A stretch of 64,000 nt of DNA from Phycisphaerae bacterium (GTDB taxonomy: Bacteria > Planctomycetota > Phycisphaerae > UBA1845 > Fen-1342). Position numbers and translations under genes: made by a program. Below the pieces are notes generated by a model, which was not told the DNA's origin, did not search any database, and saw only the letters and a list, made by a program, of their open reading frames with translations. Below, in pieces: positions 9,412-18,257 of the stretch. The DNA lies in contig JASFQK010000001.1 of assembly GCA_050115495.1 (NCBI GenBank), forward strand, positions 192,001 to 256,000, given 5' to 3'. Position 1 is the first letter of the stretch. Each line of letters opens with the position of its first letter.

Positions 9412-10479
9412 CTACATCAATCGGCGACGCGGCCAGGACGCGCAGCGCAGGCCGGCCAGGGCCGCCGCGCCGACGAGGAACTCAAAGCCAAACAAACCGC
9501 ACGCCGGCAGGATCGGCGTGGCGCTGGGGAAGGCAGCGGTTCCGGTGGGATTGGCCCGCTCGGCCTCGAGGGCGGTGATGAACTTGCTCGCGGCGGAGGC
9601 GCTCTGGGCGGCGCTGATCACCTCCTGGATGGAGTCCACGGGCGTGCCGACGATGGCGCTGACGCCCACCTGGTCGGTGGCGTTGGCTGCCTCGACCTCG
9701 ACCGTGGCCCGCAACGAGAACTCCTCGCCGATCGTCACCGGGTAGTCGTAGGCGATGCGCAGGCTGGGGATGATCAGCACTTCGAAGACCTCGAAGTCGT
9801 CGACGAAGGAGGCGAGGTTGGTGCGGATGAGCGTGGTCGTCGGGAAATCGCCCTCGGCGACGCGACTGACGGCGCCGGCGGCGGCGCCTTCGAGGCCGAC
9901 GCGGCCGGAGAAGACCGTTTCACTGCCGGTCGGCGTCGTCTGGACGACCGTGACGCGCAGGTAGACGCTGGCGCCGGTCAGGTCGCGGGCGGCGACGGGG
10001 CTGAAGACGGCGAGGGCGCCGTCGATGTAGAGCCGGCCGATGACGGTAAGCGTGTCGCCGTCCTGCCGGCCGGGGAAGTCCTCGGTGGTGAAGATGATGC
10101 CGCGCGTTTCCTGCGACGAGGCCTGTGCCGTGTAGCGGATATCCGGCGAGATGCTCAGCAGGGCCAGATTGACCGCGAACTCTTCAGGGTTGGACAGGCT
10201 CAGTTCGCCGGGATCGGCTAACTGCGCGGCGACCGCGGCGGCGGCGGGGTCGTCCCCTTGGTACAGCAGTCTGACGACCGCCTGCACCGGGAGCGTTATG
10301 CCGGTAGAGGGGTATTGGAGGTTGATCGTGTCGCTGACGCCGGCCTGGTCATTCACGTACTCGTGCACGGTGACGGAGACGGCGCCGGTGGTCGAGGTGA
10401 CCTCGGCCCGAGTCTGCATGACCGGCAGCAGCAAGAGCACGCCCACTACGAGGATCCAGCTTGTCTTTCGCGCCTGCAT
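9412..10479 (-). CDS. Secreted protein with Cys-Gly/TM/basic C-terminal tail
   Basis: Signal peptide MQARKTSWILVVGVLLLLPVMQTRA; C-terminus PACGLFGFEFLVGAAALAGLRCASWPRRRLM. Confidence 0.75.
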   Translation of the reverse strand: MQARKTSWILVVGVLLLLPVMQTRAEVTSTTGAVSVTVHEYVNDQAGVSDTINLQYPSTGITLPVQAVVRLLYQGDDPAAAAVAAQLADPGELSLSNPEEFAVNLALLSISPDIRYTAQASSQETRGIIFTTEDFPGRQDGDTLTVIGRLYIDGALAVFSPVAARDLTGASVYLRVTVVQTTPTGSETVFSGRVGLEGAAAGAVSRVAEGDFPTTTLIRTNLASFVDDFEVFEVLIIPSLRIAYDYPVTIGEEFSLRATVEVEAANATDQVGVSAIVGTPVDSIQEVISAAQSASAASKFITALEAERANPTGTAAFPSATPILPACGLFGFEFLVGAAALAGLRCASWPRRRLM

Positions 10480-10560
10480 GATTGGCACTCCGTGGAGCCC
10501 GGCGTAGAGAGGTCCGCGGCGGCCCGTCCGCCCGAGCGTAGGCTGTAGCATAGCGCCAAA

Positions 10561-10641
10561 GGGGCGAAGGGGCAAAGGGGGGGAAGGGGCAGAGGGGTGA
10601 AGGAGCAAAGGAGCAGAGGAGCAAAGGAGCAAAGGGGCAGA
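10561..10641 (+). repeat. Intergenic tandem purine-rich octamer repeat, about 10 copies of GG(A/G)GCA(A/G)A
   Basis: ggggcgaa ggggcaaa gggggggaa ggggcaga ggggtgaa ggagcaaa ggagcaga ggagcaaa ggagcaaa ggggcaga. Confidence 0.85.
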
Positions 10642-10667
10642 TTGCGGCGCGCGGGGCCACGCTCCGG

Positions 10668-11414
10668 TCAGGCAGGTACCGGCGGCGCGGCGCGGCGGGC
10701 GCGGGACCAGAGCCAGCGGCCGCCGACGGCGAGGATGACCAGGCCGACCTGGATCGCCAGGATCTGGACGGCGCTGAGATGCATGAACACCGAGAACGTG
10801 GCGAACAGCACGTAGCGCGGGCCGCGGCCGACCGCGTAGGCCAGAGCGAAGCGCACGCGCGAGTACTGCCGGAGCGCGGCCAGCCAGCGGACGGCGTCGA
10901 TCGGAATGGGGATGAAGCCAATCAGGGCCAGTGTGCGGAACGGGGCGGCGTCGAACCAGCGGATGGCCCAGGCATAGACGCGCGTGGCTCGCACCCGCCG
11001 ACCGAGGCCGTAACGCAGCAGCACGTTCAGCACATGGTATTCGCTCAGGTTGGCGACGACCGTGCCGGCGGTGCCCACCGTGGCCACGACCAGCACGGCT
11101 AGCACCGGCGATTGGAACAGGCCGGCTTCGGGTGAGGCCAGGTATAGGACGATCCACGCTGTCGGCAGCGGCAGGAAGACGTTGCAGAGCGACAGGTAGA
11201 AGCAGGCCAGCGCCAGGACCCAGGCGACCAGCGCCGCCGGCTGGTTGGCTTCGCCCCGGGCAAACATGGTCAGGGCCAGCCCGGCCAGACCGCCCATCCA
11301 CAAGACGAAGAAGACGAACCAAGCCCGCAGGCCCGGGAGCGGGTGTTCCGGGTCGGGCGCGGCGGCCGTCAACAGGGCCACCGTCGGCGTTTCAGTCGAC
11401 GAAGCGGCCATCAC
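10668..11414 (-). CDS. DedA/VTT-domain membrane protein
   Basis: Hydrophobic; FLPLP, LIGFIPIPIDAVRWLAA and FALAYAVGRGPRY resemble VTT/SNARE-associated motifs. Confidence 0.7.
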   Translation of the reverse strand: MMAASSTETPTVALLTAAAPDPEHPLPGLRAWFVFFVLWMGGLAGLALTMFARGEANQPAALVAWVLALACFYLSLCNVFLPLPTAWIVLYLASPEAGLFQSPVLAVLVVATVGTAGTVVANLSEYHVLNVLLRYGLGRRVRATRVYAWAIRWFDAAPFRTLALIGFIPIPIDAVRWLAALRQYSRVRFALAYAVGRGPRYVLFATFSVFMHLSAVQILAIQVGLVILAVGGRWLWSRARRAAPPVPA

Positions 11415-12066
11415 GCATTTGCAGGATGCGGTCGGCGGCGACCGCGAGGTGCTCGTTGTGGGTGATCATCACGATGGTCTGCTGCCACTCGCGGTGGAAG
11501 TCGCTGAGCAGGTCGAGGACGGCGCTGGCGTTGGCGGTGTCGAGGTTGCCGGTGGGCTCGTCCGCCAGGAGCAACGCCGGCCGGCCGACCAGGGCCCGGG
11601 CGATGGCGAAACGCTGCTGCTGGCCGACGGAGAGTTGGCCGGGCTTCTTGCCGGCCTGCTCTTCGAGGCCGACGCGGCGGATGAGGGCGTCGGCTTGACC
11701 GTCGGGAGCGGTCCTGCGGATCTTCAGCGGCAGGGCCACATTCGCCCGGGCGCTGATCGTCGGCAGCAGGTTGAAGCGCTGAAACACGAAGCCGAGGGCA
11801 TCGCGGCGGAGCCGGGCCCGGGCGACGTCCGCCAGTCCGAGCGTCTCCTGCCCTGCCACGCGCACGGAAGCGGCCCGCGTCGGCGGCATCATCAGGCCGA
11901 GGATGTTGAGCAGCGTGGTCTTGCCACAGCCTGATGGTCCCATAACCACAACAAACTCACCCCGGCGGACCTGGAGGTCGATGCCGTGCAGCACCGGCTC
12001 GTCCACCGCCCCGAGGCGGTACGTGTGGTGCACGTCGCGGATGTCAATCATCAGCTCGTCGGTCAT
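11392..12066 (-). CDS. ABC transporter ATP-binding protein (LolD/MacB-like)
   Basis: GPSGCGKTT, LSVGQQQR, LLADEPTGNLD; ATGA overlap with the upstream permease. Confidence 0.95.
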   Translation of the reverse strand: MTDELMIDIRDVHHTYRLGAVDEPVLHGIDLQVRRGEFVVVMGPSGCGKTTLLNILGLMMPPTRAASVRVAGQETLGLADVARARLRRDALGFVFQRFNLLPTISARANVALPLKIRRTAPDGQADALIRRVGLEEQAGKKPGQLSVGQQQRFAIARALVGRPALLLADEPTGNLDTANASAVLDLLSDFHREWQQTIVMITHNEHLAVAADRILQMRDGRFVD

Positions 12067-13301
12067 TCGTAGCTCAGGGCGACCGCCGGCTCGAGCCGGG
12101 CGGCGCGGTATCCGGGGTAGGCAGCACTGAGCGCCCCGCCGACAACACCCAGGGCCACGGCCACCAGCAGTAGACCGGCGCTGAGGTCGACGGTCAGGAG
12201 CGGGCGGGCCACGCCGATGCCCCACTTGGCGGCGAAGGCCAGGCCGATGCCGATGGCCACCCCCCCGCCGGAGACGATGAGGGCCTCGTGCAGCGATAGG
12301 CGGAGCAGGTCCCAGCGGGTCATGCCGAGGGATTTGAGGATGCCGATCTCGCGGGTGCGCTCGACCACCATGGTGTACATGGTGAGCAGGATGAAGAGGA
12401 AGCAGACGACGAGGGCCAGGCCGCTGGTCGCCGTCATGTAAGTGTTTATCTGGGCGAAGCTTTCGTGCAGGAGCCGGCCGTATTCGGTCTTGAGCTCGAC
12501 GCGGGCTTCGCTGCCGAGAGTGGCCTGGAAGGCGTCGGCGGCGCGGGCCGGATCGAGGCCCGGGCGAAGCTGGATGAAGAACATGCTCGACCACGGGTCG
12601 CCGCCGTTGAGCATCTCGCGCAGGGTCTGCAGGGGGGCGAAGACGCGGCCGGCGACGCCGGCTTCGACGACCCCGACGATCCGGAAGGCCCGGCCCATCA
12701 GGCGGATCTCGTCGCCGAGGGCGTATGGCCGGTGCTCGCCAGTGGCGGGGTCGGCAAAGCCGGCGCTGCGCAGGCGGTCGTCGATGATGAGCTCGAGGCC
12801 GTCGGCGAGGTCCTCGTCGGGCAGCGGCTCGGCGCGAACGATCTCGTCCGTGGGCTGGTTGCGGGCGGCGACCTTGGCCGCCAGGAGCGGGGCGCGGTCG
12901 AAAGCCTTGCCGGCCAGCACCCGGCGCGGGCCGAGGAACAGCTTCATCTGGGCGGGGTCGACGCCGAAGACGCGCTGCTGCTGCCCGGCCATCTTCACCT
13001 GTCCGAAGAAGACGGGGATGACGTTGGCGGCGAGGGGGCCCTGCTCGTCGGCGAGGCGGGCGATGTGCCGCTCGAAGACGCCGGGGAACGGGGCGCCGTT
13101 GGTGAAGATGATGTTGTCCTGGGCGGGGAGGACGACGAGCTCGGCGTTGACGCTCTGGAGCCGGTCATTGACCTCGGCGATGGAGCCGTTGGCTAGGCCC
13201 TTCGATACGAGCATGAGCGTGATACCCAGGCCGACGGCGAGGGCGCTGAGCGCCGTGCGCAGCTTGTGGTGCATCAGGTTGGCCCAGGCCAGAGCGAGCA
13301 T
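12063..13301 (-). CDS. MacB/FtsX/LolE-type ABC permease
   Basis: KLRTALSALAVGLG, VVERTREIGILKSLG, AYPGYRAARLEPAVALSYE. Confidence 0.9.
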   Translation of the reverse strand: MLALAWANLMHHKLRTALSALAVGLGITLMLVSKGLANGSIAEVNDRLQSVNAELVVLPAQDNIIFTNGAPFPGVFERHIARLADEQGPLAANVIPVFFGQVKMAGQQQRVFGVDPAQMKLFLGPRRVLAGKAFDRAPLLAAKVAARNQPTDEIVRAEPLPDEDLADGLELIIDDRLRSAGFADPATGEHRPYALGDEIRLMGRAFRIVGVVEAGVAGRVFAPLQTLREMLNGGDPWSSMFFIQLRPGLDPARAADAFQATLGSEARVELKTEYGRLLHESFAQINTYMTATSGLALVVCFLFILLTMYTMVVERTREIGILKSLGMTRWDLLRLSLHEALIVSGGGVAIGIGLAFAAKWGIGVARPLLTVDLSAGLLLVAVALGVVGGALSAAYPGYRAARLEPAVALSYE

Positions 13302-13370
13302 GGCAATCCGTTACCGTTTCAGCCCCGAGGGCCACGGTACGGGTGCGGCAGTGGCGCGTCAACGCGCGGC

Positions 13371-14093
13371 TCAGGCGCGGAGGGCTTCGTCGGGAGGCGT
13401 CTGGTCGTGGAGTTGGCCGAGGGCCACGAGGGCGTGCCAGGCGGCTTTCTGTTCCGCTTCCTTCTTGTTGGGGCCCCAGGCGCTGGGGAAGTGGCGGTGG
13501 CCGATGGACACGGCGATCTCGAAGCACTTGGCGTGGTCGGGCCCCTGCTCGTCGAGCAGCGTGTAGGACGGCGTCTGGCCGAGCTCGCGCTGCGCGAACT
13601 GCTGGAGCTGGGACTTGAAGTTGAACTGGTGCTCGGACTCGGTGGCCCGCTCGATCTCGCCGGCCATGTGCTGGGTGATGAACGCGTGCGCCGCGTCGAA
13701 ACCGCCGTCGAGGTAAACGGCGGCGATGAGGGCTTCGAGGGCGGCGGCGGCCAGTGAGCGGGGCAGGTACTCGCCGACGTCCATCCCCTGCCCGCAGCGC
13801 AGGACCTCGGTCAGGCGCAGCTTGTCGGCCACGCGAGCGCAGGCCCGCCGGGAGACGACCGCCGATTTGATCTTGGTCATCTCGCCTTCCATGGCCTCGG
13901 GTAGGTTGTCATAAAGGGTGTGGCAGACCACGAGGCCGAGGACGGCGTCGCCGAGAAATTCGAGGCGTTCGTTGCTGGTCTGTCTGGTGGCGGCGTGGGA
14001 GGAGTGGGTCATGGCGGCCCGGAGCAGTCCCACGTCCTGAAACTGGTAACCGATGCGCTCCTGGCAGGCTTGGAGAGCTTCCTCGCTAGGCAT
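13371..14093 (-). CDS. rnc: Ribonuclease III
   Basis: SNERLEFLGDAVL signature; C-terminal dsRBD (NFKSQLQQ...KKEAEQKAA). Confidence 0.97.
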   Translation of the reverse strand: MPSEEALQACQERIGYQFQDVGLLRAAMTHSSHAATRQTSNERLEFLGDAVLGLVVCHTLYDNLPEAMEGEMTKIKSAVVSRRACARVADKLRLTEVLRCGQGMDVGEYLPRSLAAAALEALIAAVYLDGGFDAAHAFITQHMAGEIERATESEHQFNFKSQLQQFAQRELGQTPSYTLLDEQGPDHAKCFEIAVSIGHRHFPSAWGPNKKEAEQKAAWHALVALGQLHDQTPPDEALRA

Positions 14094-14306
14094 GTCTCAG
14101 TCCCTTTGCCGGGACCGATGACGCAAGGCGTCACGAGGGGTTCGGGGCGCGTTGCGTCAGCGGTCACTCGGGCAGAAACCTTATGTCCGCACATCGGCAC
14201 CATCGGCCGGAGCGGGCACAAAGCCTTAATCTACCACATTTTGCAGCGGGGCGTTGGGGAACTCTGCGGGAAATCCGGAGGGCAGCCACGCGGGCGTGAC
14301 GGGGGC

Positions 14307-14335
14307 TTGTCAGGGCTGGGCGGGTGTGCTATGCT
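14307..14335 (+). promoter_or_regulatory. Sigma-70 promoter of the small basic protein gene
   Basis: TTGTCA-N17-TATGCT with extended -10 TG, 29 nt upstream of ATG 14364. Confidence 0.6.
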
Positions 14336-14363
14336 TGCGGGACTTGTCACGGGAGAGCGGATT

Positions 14364-14591
14364 ATGTCGATCGATCGTTCGCTGCACAGCCGAAGCTCGC
14401 TGGTGCGTCACCGCAATGTGTTGACGCGGGCGGAGCGGGTGGAGCGGCTGAAAACGCAGGAGCGTTTCGCCGAGGACCAGCCGGTACTGGGCTTGCCAAA
14501 AGTAGCCAACTATAAGCCTCGTGCGGGCAAGAAGAAGGCTCCGCCGAAGGGCGAAGGCACCGAGGCTGCGGCCGCCACGCCGGCCAGCTAG
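14364..14591 (+). CDS. PVC-superphylum small basic (signature) protein
   Basis: MSIDRSL...RHRNVLTRAER...VLGLPKV followed by a Lys-rich tail. Confidence 0.85.
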   Translation: MSIDRSLHSRSSLVRHRNVLTRAERVERLKTQERFAEDQPVLGLPKVANYKPRAGKKKAPPKGEGTEAAAATPAS

Positions 14592-14782
14592 GCGATTGCT
14601 CGGCCGGGGGGTGCATCACGGGAATGTGAGACGGTTTCGTGGTGGCCGTTTAGCGTCCGATAACTATAACATACAGGGTCGGGGGTCTGGCGGTTGGGTA
14701 ACTGCGACAGTGGGCGTCGCAGCCACCTGACCGGCTCTGTTTGTTTGTTGGTCGGTCCGCGGTGAGCAGCCGGCCCTGCGCC

Positions 14783-14803
14783 GGCGGGTGGAGCCCGCCC
14801 TAC
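14783..14803 (-). repeat. GTAG-type REP-like palindrome
   Basis: Minus strand GTAG-GGCGGG-ctcca-CCCGCC; related copy at 27837-27857. Confidence 0.7.
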
Positions 14804-14906
14804 CTTGTCGCCGGCTGGCCGAGAAAAAATCGCCACAGCGAACCGGGGACGTCCCGGGTCGTATTGGATAAACGGTTCATGGTTTGCGCCAGCGGCTGAC
14901 CCTCGT

Positions 14907-14934
14907 TTGACAACGGATTGTTAGTGCTTACAGT
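14907..14934 (+). promoter_or_regulatory. Sigma-70 promoter of the P1B-ATPase, with an inverted repeat overlapping -35
   Basis: TTGACA-N16-TACAGT; TGACAA-cgga-TTGTTA imperfect palindrome. Confidence 0.5.
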
Positions 14935-15047
14935 CTCACGTCTTGCCGGCACCACCGCCCCGGTTCAGCGGGGATGGTGTACCCGCCCAGGCAAGTTCCG
15001 TTCGCGCGCAGACCTATACGTTTCGCTTTCGACATAAGTGGTGCGGC

Positions 15048-17021
15048 ATGGCACACGACCATCTGAAGTCCGAGACCGGCCGGGCGACGACGAAACTCGT
15101 CGCCACGCTGCTCGGCGGCGTGCTCGTTCTAATGTCCTTCGTCGCCGACTGGCTATTCCCCAGCGACGCGGCCCCTGGCCAGGGGGGGGCTGCAAACGTT
15201 TACGCGGCCATGTTGGCGGCTGTCGGGGCCCTGCTGCTGGCGGCGCCGTTGTGGGTGCACGCGGCGAAGTGCCTGCTGAGCGGCCACCTGCACATGGATG
15301 AGCTGGTCGCGCTGGCGATCCTGGCCGCCATGGCCCAGGGCGAGTATCAGACGGCGGGTGTGGTGGCGTTCTTCCTGCTGCTCAGCAACCTGATCGAGAC
15401 CCGGACTGCCCTGGGTGCCCGGGCGGCGATACAGAGTCTGATCCGGTTGACGCCGACCAAGGCGCGGCGGCTCCTGCCGGAGGGCGGCGAAGAGGTGGTC
15501 GAGGCCCACGCCTTGCGTCCGGACGATATCGTGCTGGTGCGTCCGGGCGATAATGTGCCGGCGGACGGGCGGATCATCTCGGGGTATTCGACGCTCAACG
15601 AGGCCAACATCACCGGCGAATCGTTGCCGGTGGAGAAGGGCGAGGGAGCGGAGGTCTTCGGCGGAACGAGCAACGTGACCGGCGCGCTGCAGGTGCGGGT
15701 GACCAAGGTCGGCGCCGACACGACACTGGGACGCGTCCAGGAGCTGATTCTGGATGCGGAGCGGACGAAGATCCCGCTGATGCGCCTGATCGATCAGTAT
15801 GCGGAATGGTATACGCCGGTGATGCTGATGCTGGCCGGCGTGGTGTGGTACTTCACGCGGAATCCGAGCACGACGATTTCGCTGCTGGTGCTCGCCTGTC
15901 CGTGTGCCCTGATCCTGGCGACGCCGACCGCAGTGGTGGCGTCGCTGTCGGCGGCGGCCCGACTGGGTGTCTACATCAAGGATGTGAGCAACCTGGAGTG
16001 GGCACGGCGCCTGACGGCAGTCGTGTTCGACAAAACGGGCACGCTGACCACCGGCGAGCTGGCGGTTACGCGCTTGATGCCGGCGCCGGACGTGCAGGCG
16101 GAAGCACTGCTGGGGGCGGCGGCGTCGCTCGAAAGGCTGAGCACGCACCCGGTGGCCCGGGCGATCTCGACGGTCGCCGACCGGGCCCGAGTGCCGTTGG
16201 AGGAGGCGGCGGGTTTCGAGGAAGTCTCCGGCAAGGGTGTGACCGGTTCGGTCGGTGGCGCGCCGGTGCTCGTGGGTCGGCGGACGTGGATCGCCGACCA
16301 GGGCGTGGACCTGTCACCGCTGGCCGACGAGAAGTACCAGGAGCCGGAGGGTCTGAGCACGCTGTACGTGGCCCGCGGCGGTCGCGTGCTGGGCTGGATC
16401 GGGCTGGAGGACCGGACGCGACCGGAGGCGAGCCAGGCGCTCGAAGAGCTGCGGGCACTGGGTCTGCGGCAGCTCATCATGGTGACCGGCGACCGCTGGT
16501 CAGTGGCCCGGCGGGTGGCCAAGGAGATGGGCTGCTCGGATGTGCAGGCCGAGGTGTTGCCGCAGGACAAGCTGGAACTGGTGGACGCCCTGAAGAAGAA
16601 GGGCCACACGGTGGCGGTGGTGGGTGACGGCGTGAACGATGCGCCGGCCCTGGCCGCCGGCAACCTGGGCGTGGCCATGGGGGCGGCGGGCAGCGACGTG
16701 GCGATGAACAGCGCCAGCGTGGCGCTGATGTCGAACGACCTGCGGCGGCTGCCGTTCCTGGTGAGCCTCTCGCGGGAGACGACGAAGGTCATCTGGCAGA
16801 ACCTGATTTTCGGCGTGTCCTTCATCATCGTGGGCGAGATTCTGACTGTGCAGGGGCAGATCGCGCCCATGTTGGCGGCTGTTCTGCACACGATTTCCTC
16901 GGCTGTCGTTGTGTTCAACAGCGCCCGCATGGTGCGCTTCGGCGAGCACATCGAGTCGCACGTGCCCACGCGGCGGGATGTGGAGCAGCCGGTGGGTCGG
17001 GTGGCCCTGCAATCGGTGTGA
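15048..17021 (+). CDS. Heavy-metal-translocating P1B-type ATPase without N-terminal metal-binding domain
   Basis: TGES, CPC in TM, DKTGTLT phosphorylation site, HP motif, GDGVNDAPALA. Confidence 0.95.
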   Translation: MAHDHLKSETGRATTKLVATLLGGVLVLMSFVADWLFPSDAAPGQGGAANVYAAMLAAVGALLLAAPLWVHAAKCLLSGHLHMDELVALAILAAMAQGEYQTAGVVAFFLLLSNLIETRTALGARAAIQSLIRLTPTKARRLLPEGGEEVVEAHALRPDDIVLVRPGDNVPADGRIISGYSTLNEANITGESLPVEKGEGAEVFGGTSNVTGALQVRVTKVGADTTLGRVQELILDAERTKIPLMRLIDQYAEWYTPVMLMLAGVVWYFTRNPSTTISLLVLACPCALILATPTAVVASLSAAARLGVYIKDVSNLEWARRLTAVVFDKTGTLTTGELAVTRLMPAPDVQAEALLGAAASLERLSTHPVARAISTVADRARVPLEEAAGFEEVSGKGVTGSVGGAPVLVGRRTWIADQGVDLSPLADEKYQEPEGLSTLYVARGGRVLGWIGLEDRTRPEASQALEELRALGLRQLIMVTGDRWSVARRVAKEMGCSDVQAEVLPQDKLELVDALKKKGHTVAVVGDGVNDAPALAAGNLGVAMGAAGSDVAMNSASVALMSNDLRRLPFLVSLSRETTKVIWQNLIFGVSFIIVGEILTVQGQIAPMLAAVLHTISSAVVVFNSARMVRFGEHIESHVPTRRDVEQPVGRVALQSV

Positions 17022-17101
17022 TGGTCAATCGGGACGGGACAAGCCGTTTGGGAAGGAAGCGCGGCGGCTCGCCCGGCGACGGCGTGTCGTTGCGCGGCTG
17101 C

Positions 17102-18088
17102 CTAGCTGACTTCGCGTGTCTGGAACATCGTTACGCCGATGGCGAGCACCGCCAGGGCGTAGAGGGCGGCGTAGCCGGCGACGAATGCCACCTGCATGCC
17201 GGGGATCAGCAGCTCCTGGGTCAGCGGGTCGCCGAGCCAGAAGAATTGGAAGTTGGGGATGGCGGCGTAAAGGATCTGGTACAGGGGGCCCTCGGTAACG
17301 AAGCGGCCGAAGAGGTAGTCCGAGTGCAGCCCGAGGATGAACACGCCGGCGCAGGCCGTCAGCGTCAGCACCTGCCCCAGGCGGGTGGCCAAGGCCACGG
17401 CGAAGGCGCACAGGATGAGCACGCCGCAGAACGTGGCCGCCACGGCGTAGAGAAGCTGGCAGTTGCTGAAGGTGGCGTCCTTGGCGAGCGGGTTCTGCAT
17501 GGCCCATTCGGGGCTGATGAACAGGACGACCAGCATGGCGATCGAGGCCAACGGCACTACGAAGGCGGTCAGCGTGCTCGAAAAATGCCAGCCATAGATG
17601 TAATTGGTGAACGTCGCCGCGATCAGGCTGATGAGCACGGCCCCGAGGCCGAAGATGAGCACCGGCTGGTCGTACTTGTCGGCGGCGGTTTCCATCGTGC
17701 CGTGGCGGACCGTGAGGAACAGGGCCAGGCACAGGAAGTAGTAGCCCACCGCGACCGCCCCGGTCACGCCCAGGTACTTGCCCAGGAGGAAGACCGGGCG
17801 GCTGACCGGCTTGGAGATGACGGTCAGGACGGTGTGGCTTTCGATCTCGCGGGTGATGACGCTGGTGGCGCTGAAGACGCTGGCCAGCAGGCCGTAAAGC
17901 ATGAGCGTCGACAGGCTTACGTCGATCATGATCTTCTTGTCGCTGCCGGCGACGAGGGTGAAGGCCGCGAACGCCGGGCTGATGAAGGCCACCCAGAAGA
18001 CGGCGACCCAGAGCAGGACGCCGTAGACGGGCTGGCGGACGGTCTCGGTGAAGGTGTTGGCGGCGATGGCCGTGAGCTTGTTGGGCAT
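17102..18088 (-). CDS. ABC-2 type transporter permease
   Basis: IAANTFTETVRQP, REIESHTVLTVISKPVSRPVFLLGKYLG, multiple TM, ends FQTREVS. Confidence 0.9.
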   Translation of the reverse strand: MPNKLTAIAANTFTETVRQPVYGVLLWVAVFWVAFISPAFAAFTLVAGSDKKIMIDVSLSTLMLYGLLASVFSATSVITREIESHTVLTVISKPVSRPVFLLGKYLGVTGAVAVGYYFLCLALFLTVRHGTMETAADKYDQPVLIFGLGAVLISLIAATFTNYIYGWHFSSTLTAFVVPLASIAMLVVLFISPEWAMQNPLAKDATFSNCQLLYAVAATFCGVLILCAFAVALATRLGQVLTLTACAGVFILGLHSDYLFGRFVTEGPLYQILYAAIPNFQFFWLGDPLTQELLIPGMQVAFVAGYAALYALAVLAIGVTMFQTREVS

Positions 18089-18257
18089 CGGGGTTTACCA
18101 GTATCGGGTTATGGTTGCCACCGCTGGTGGGCGTCGCCAGCCAGGCCGGCCGCCGGTCATTATGCCGGGCGACGGGCAGGTGGACAACAGGGCATACGAC
18201 GGCGGACGGGAGCGGTTCGCCGGCGGCGGGGGCTTCGGGTGATGCGAGAGGTGAGTC

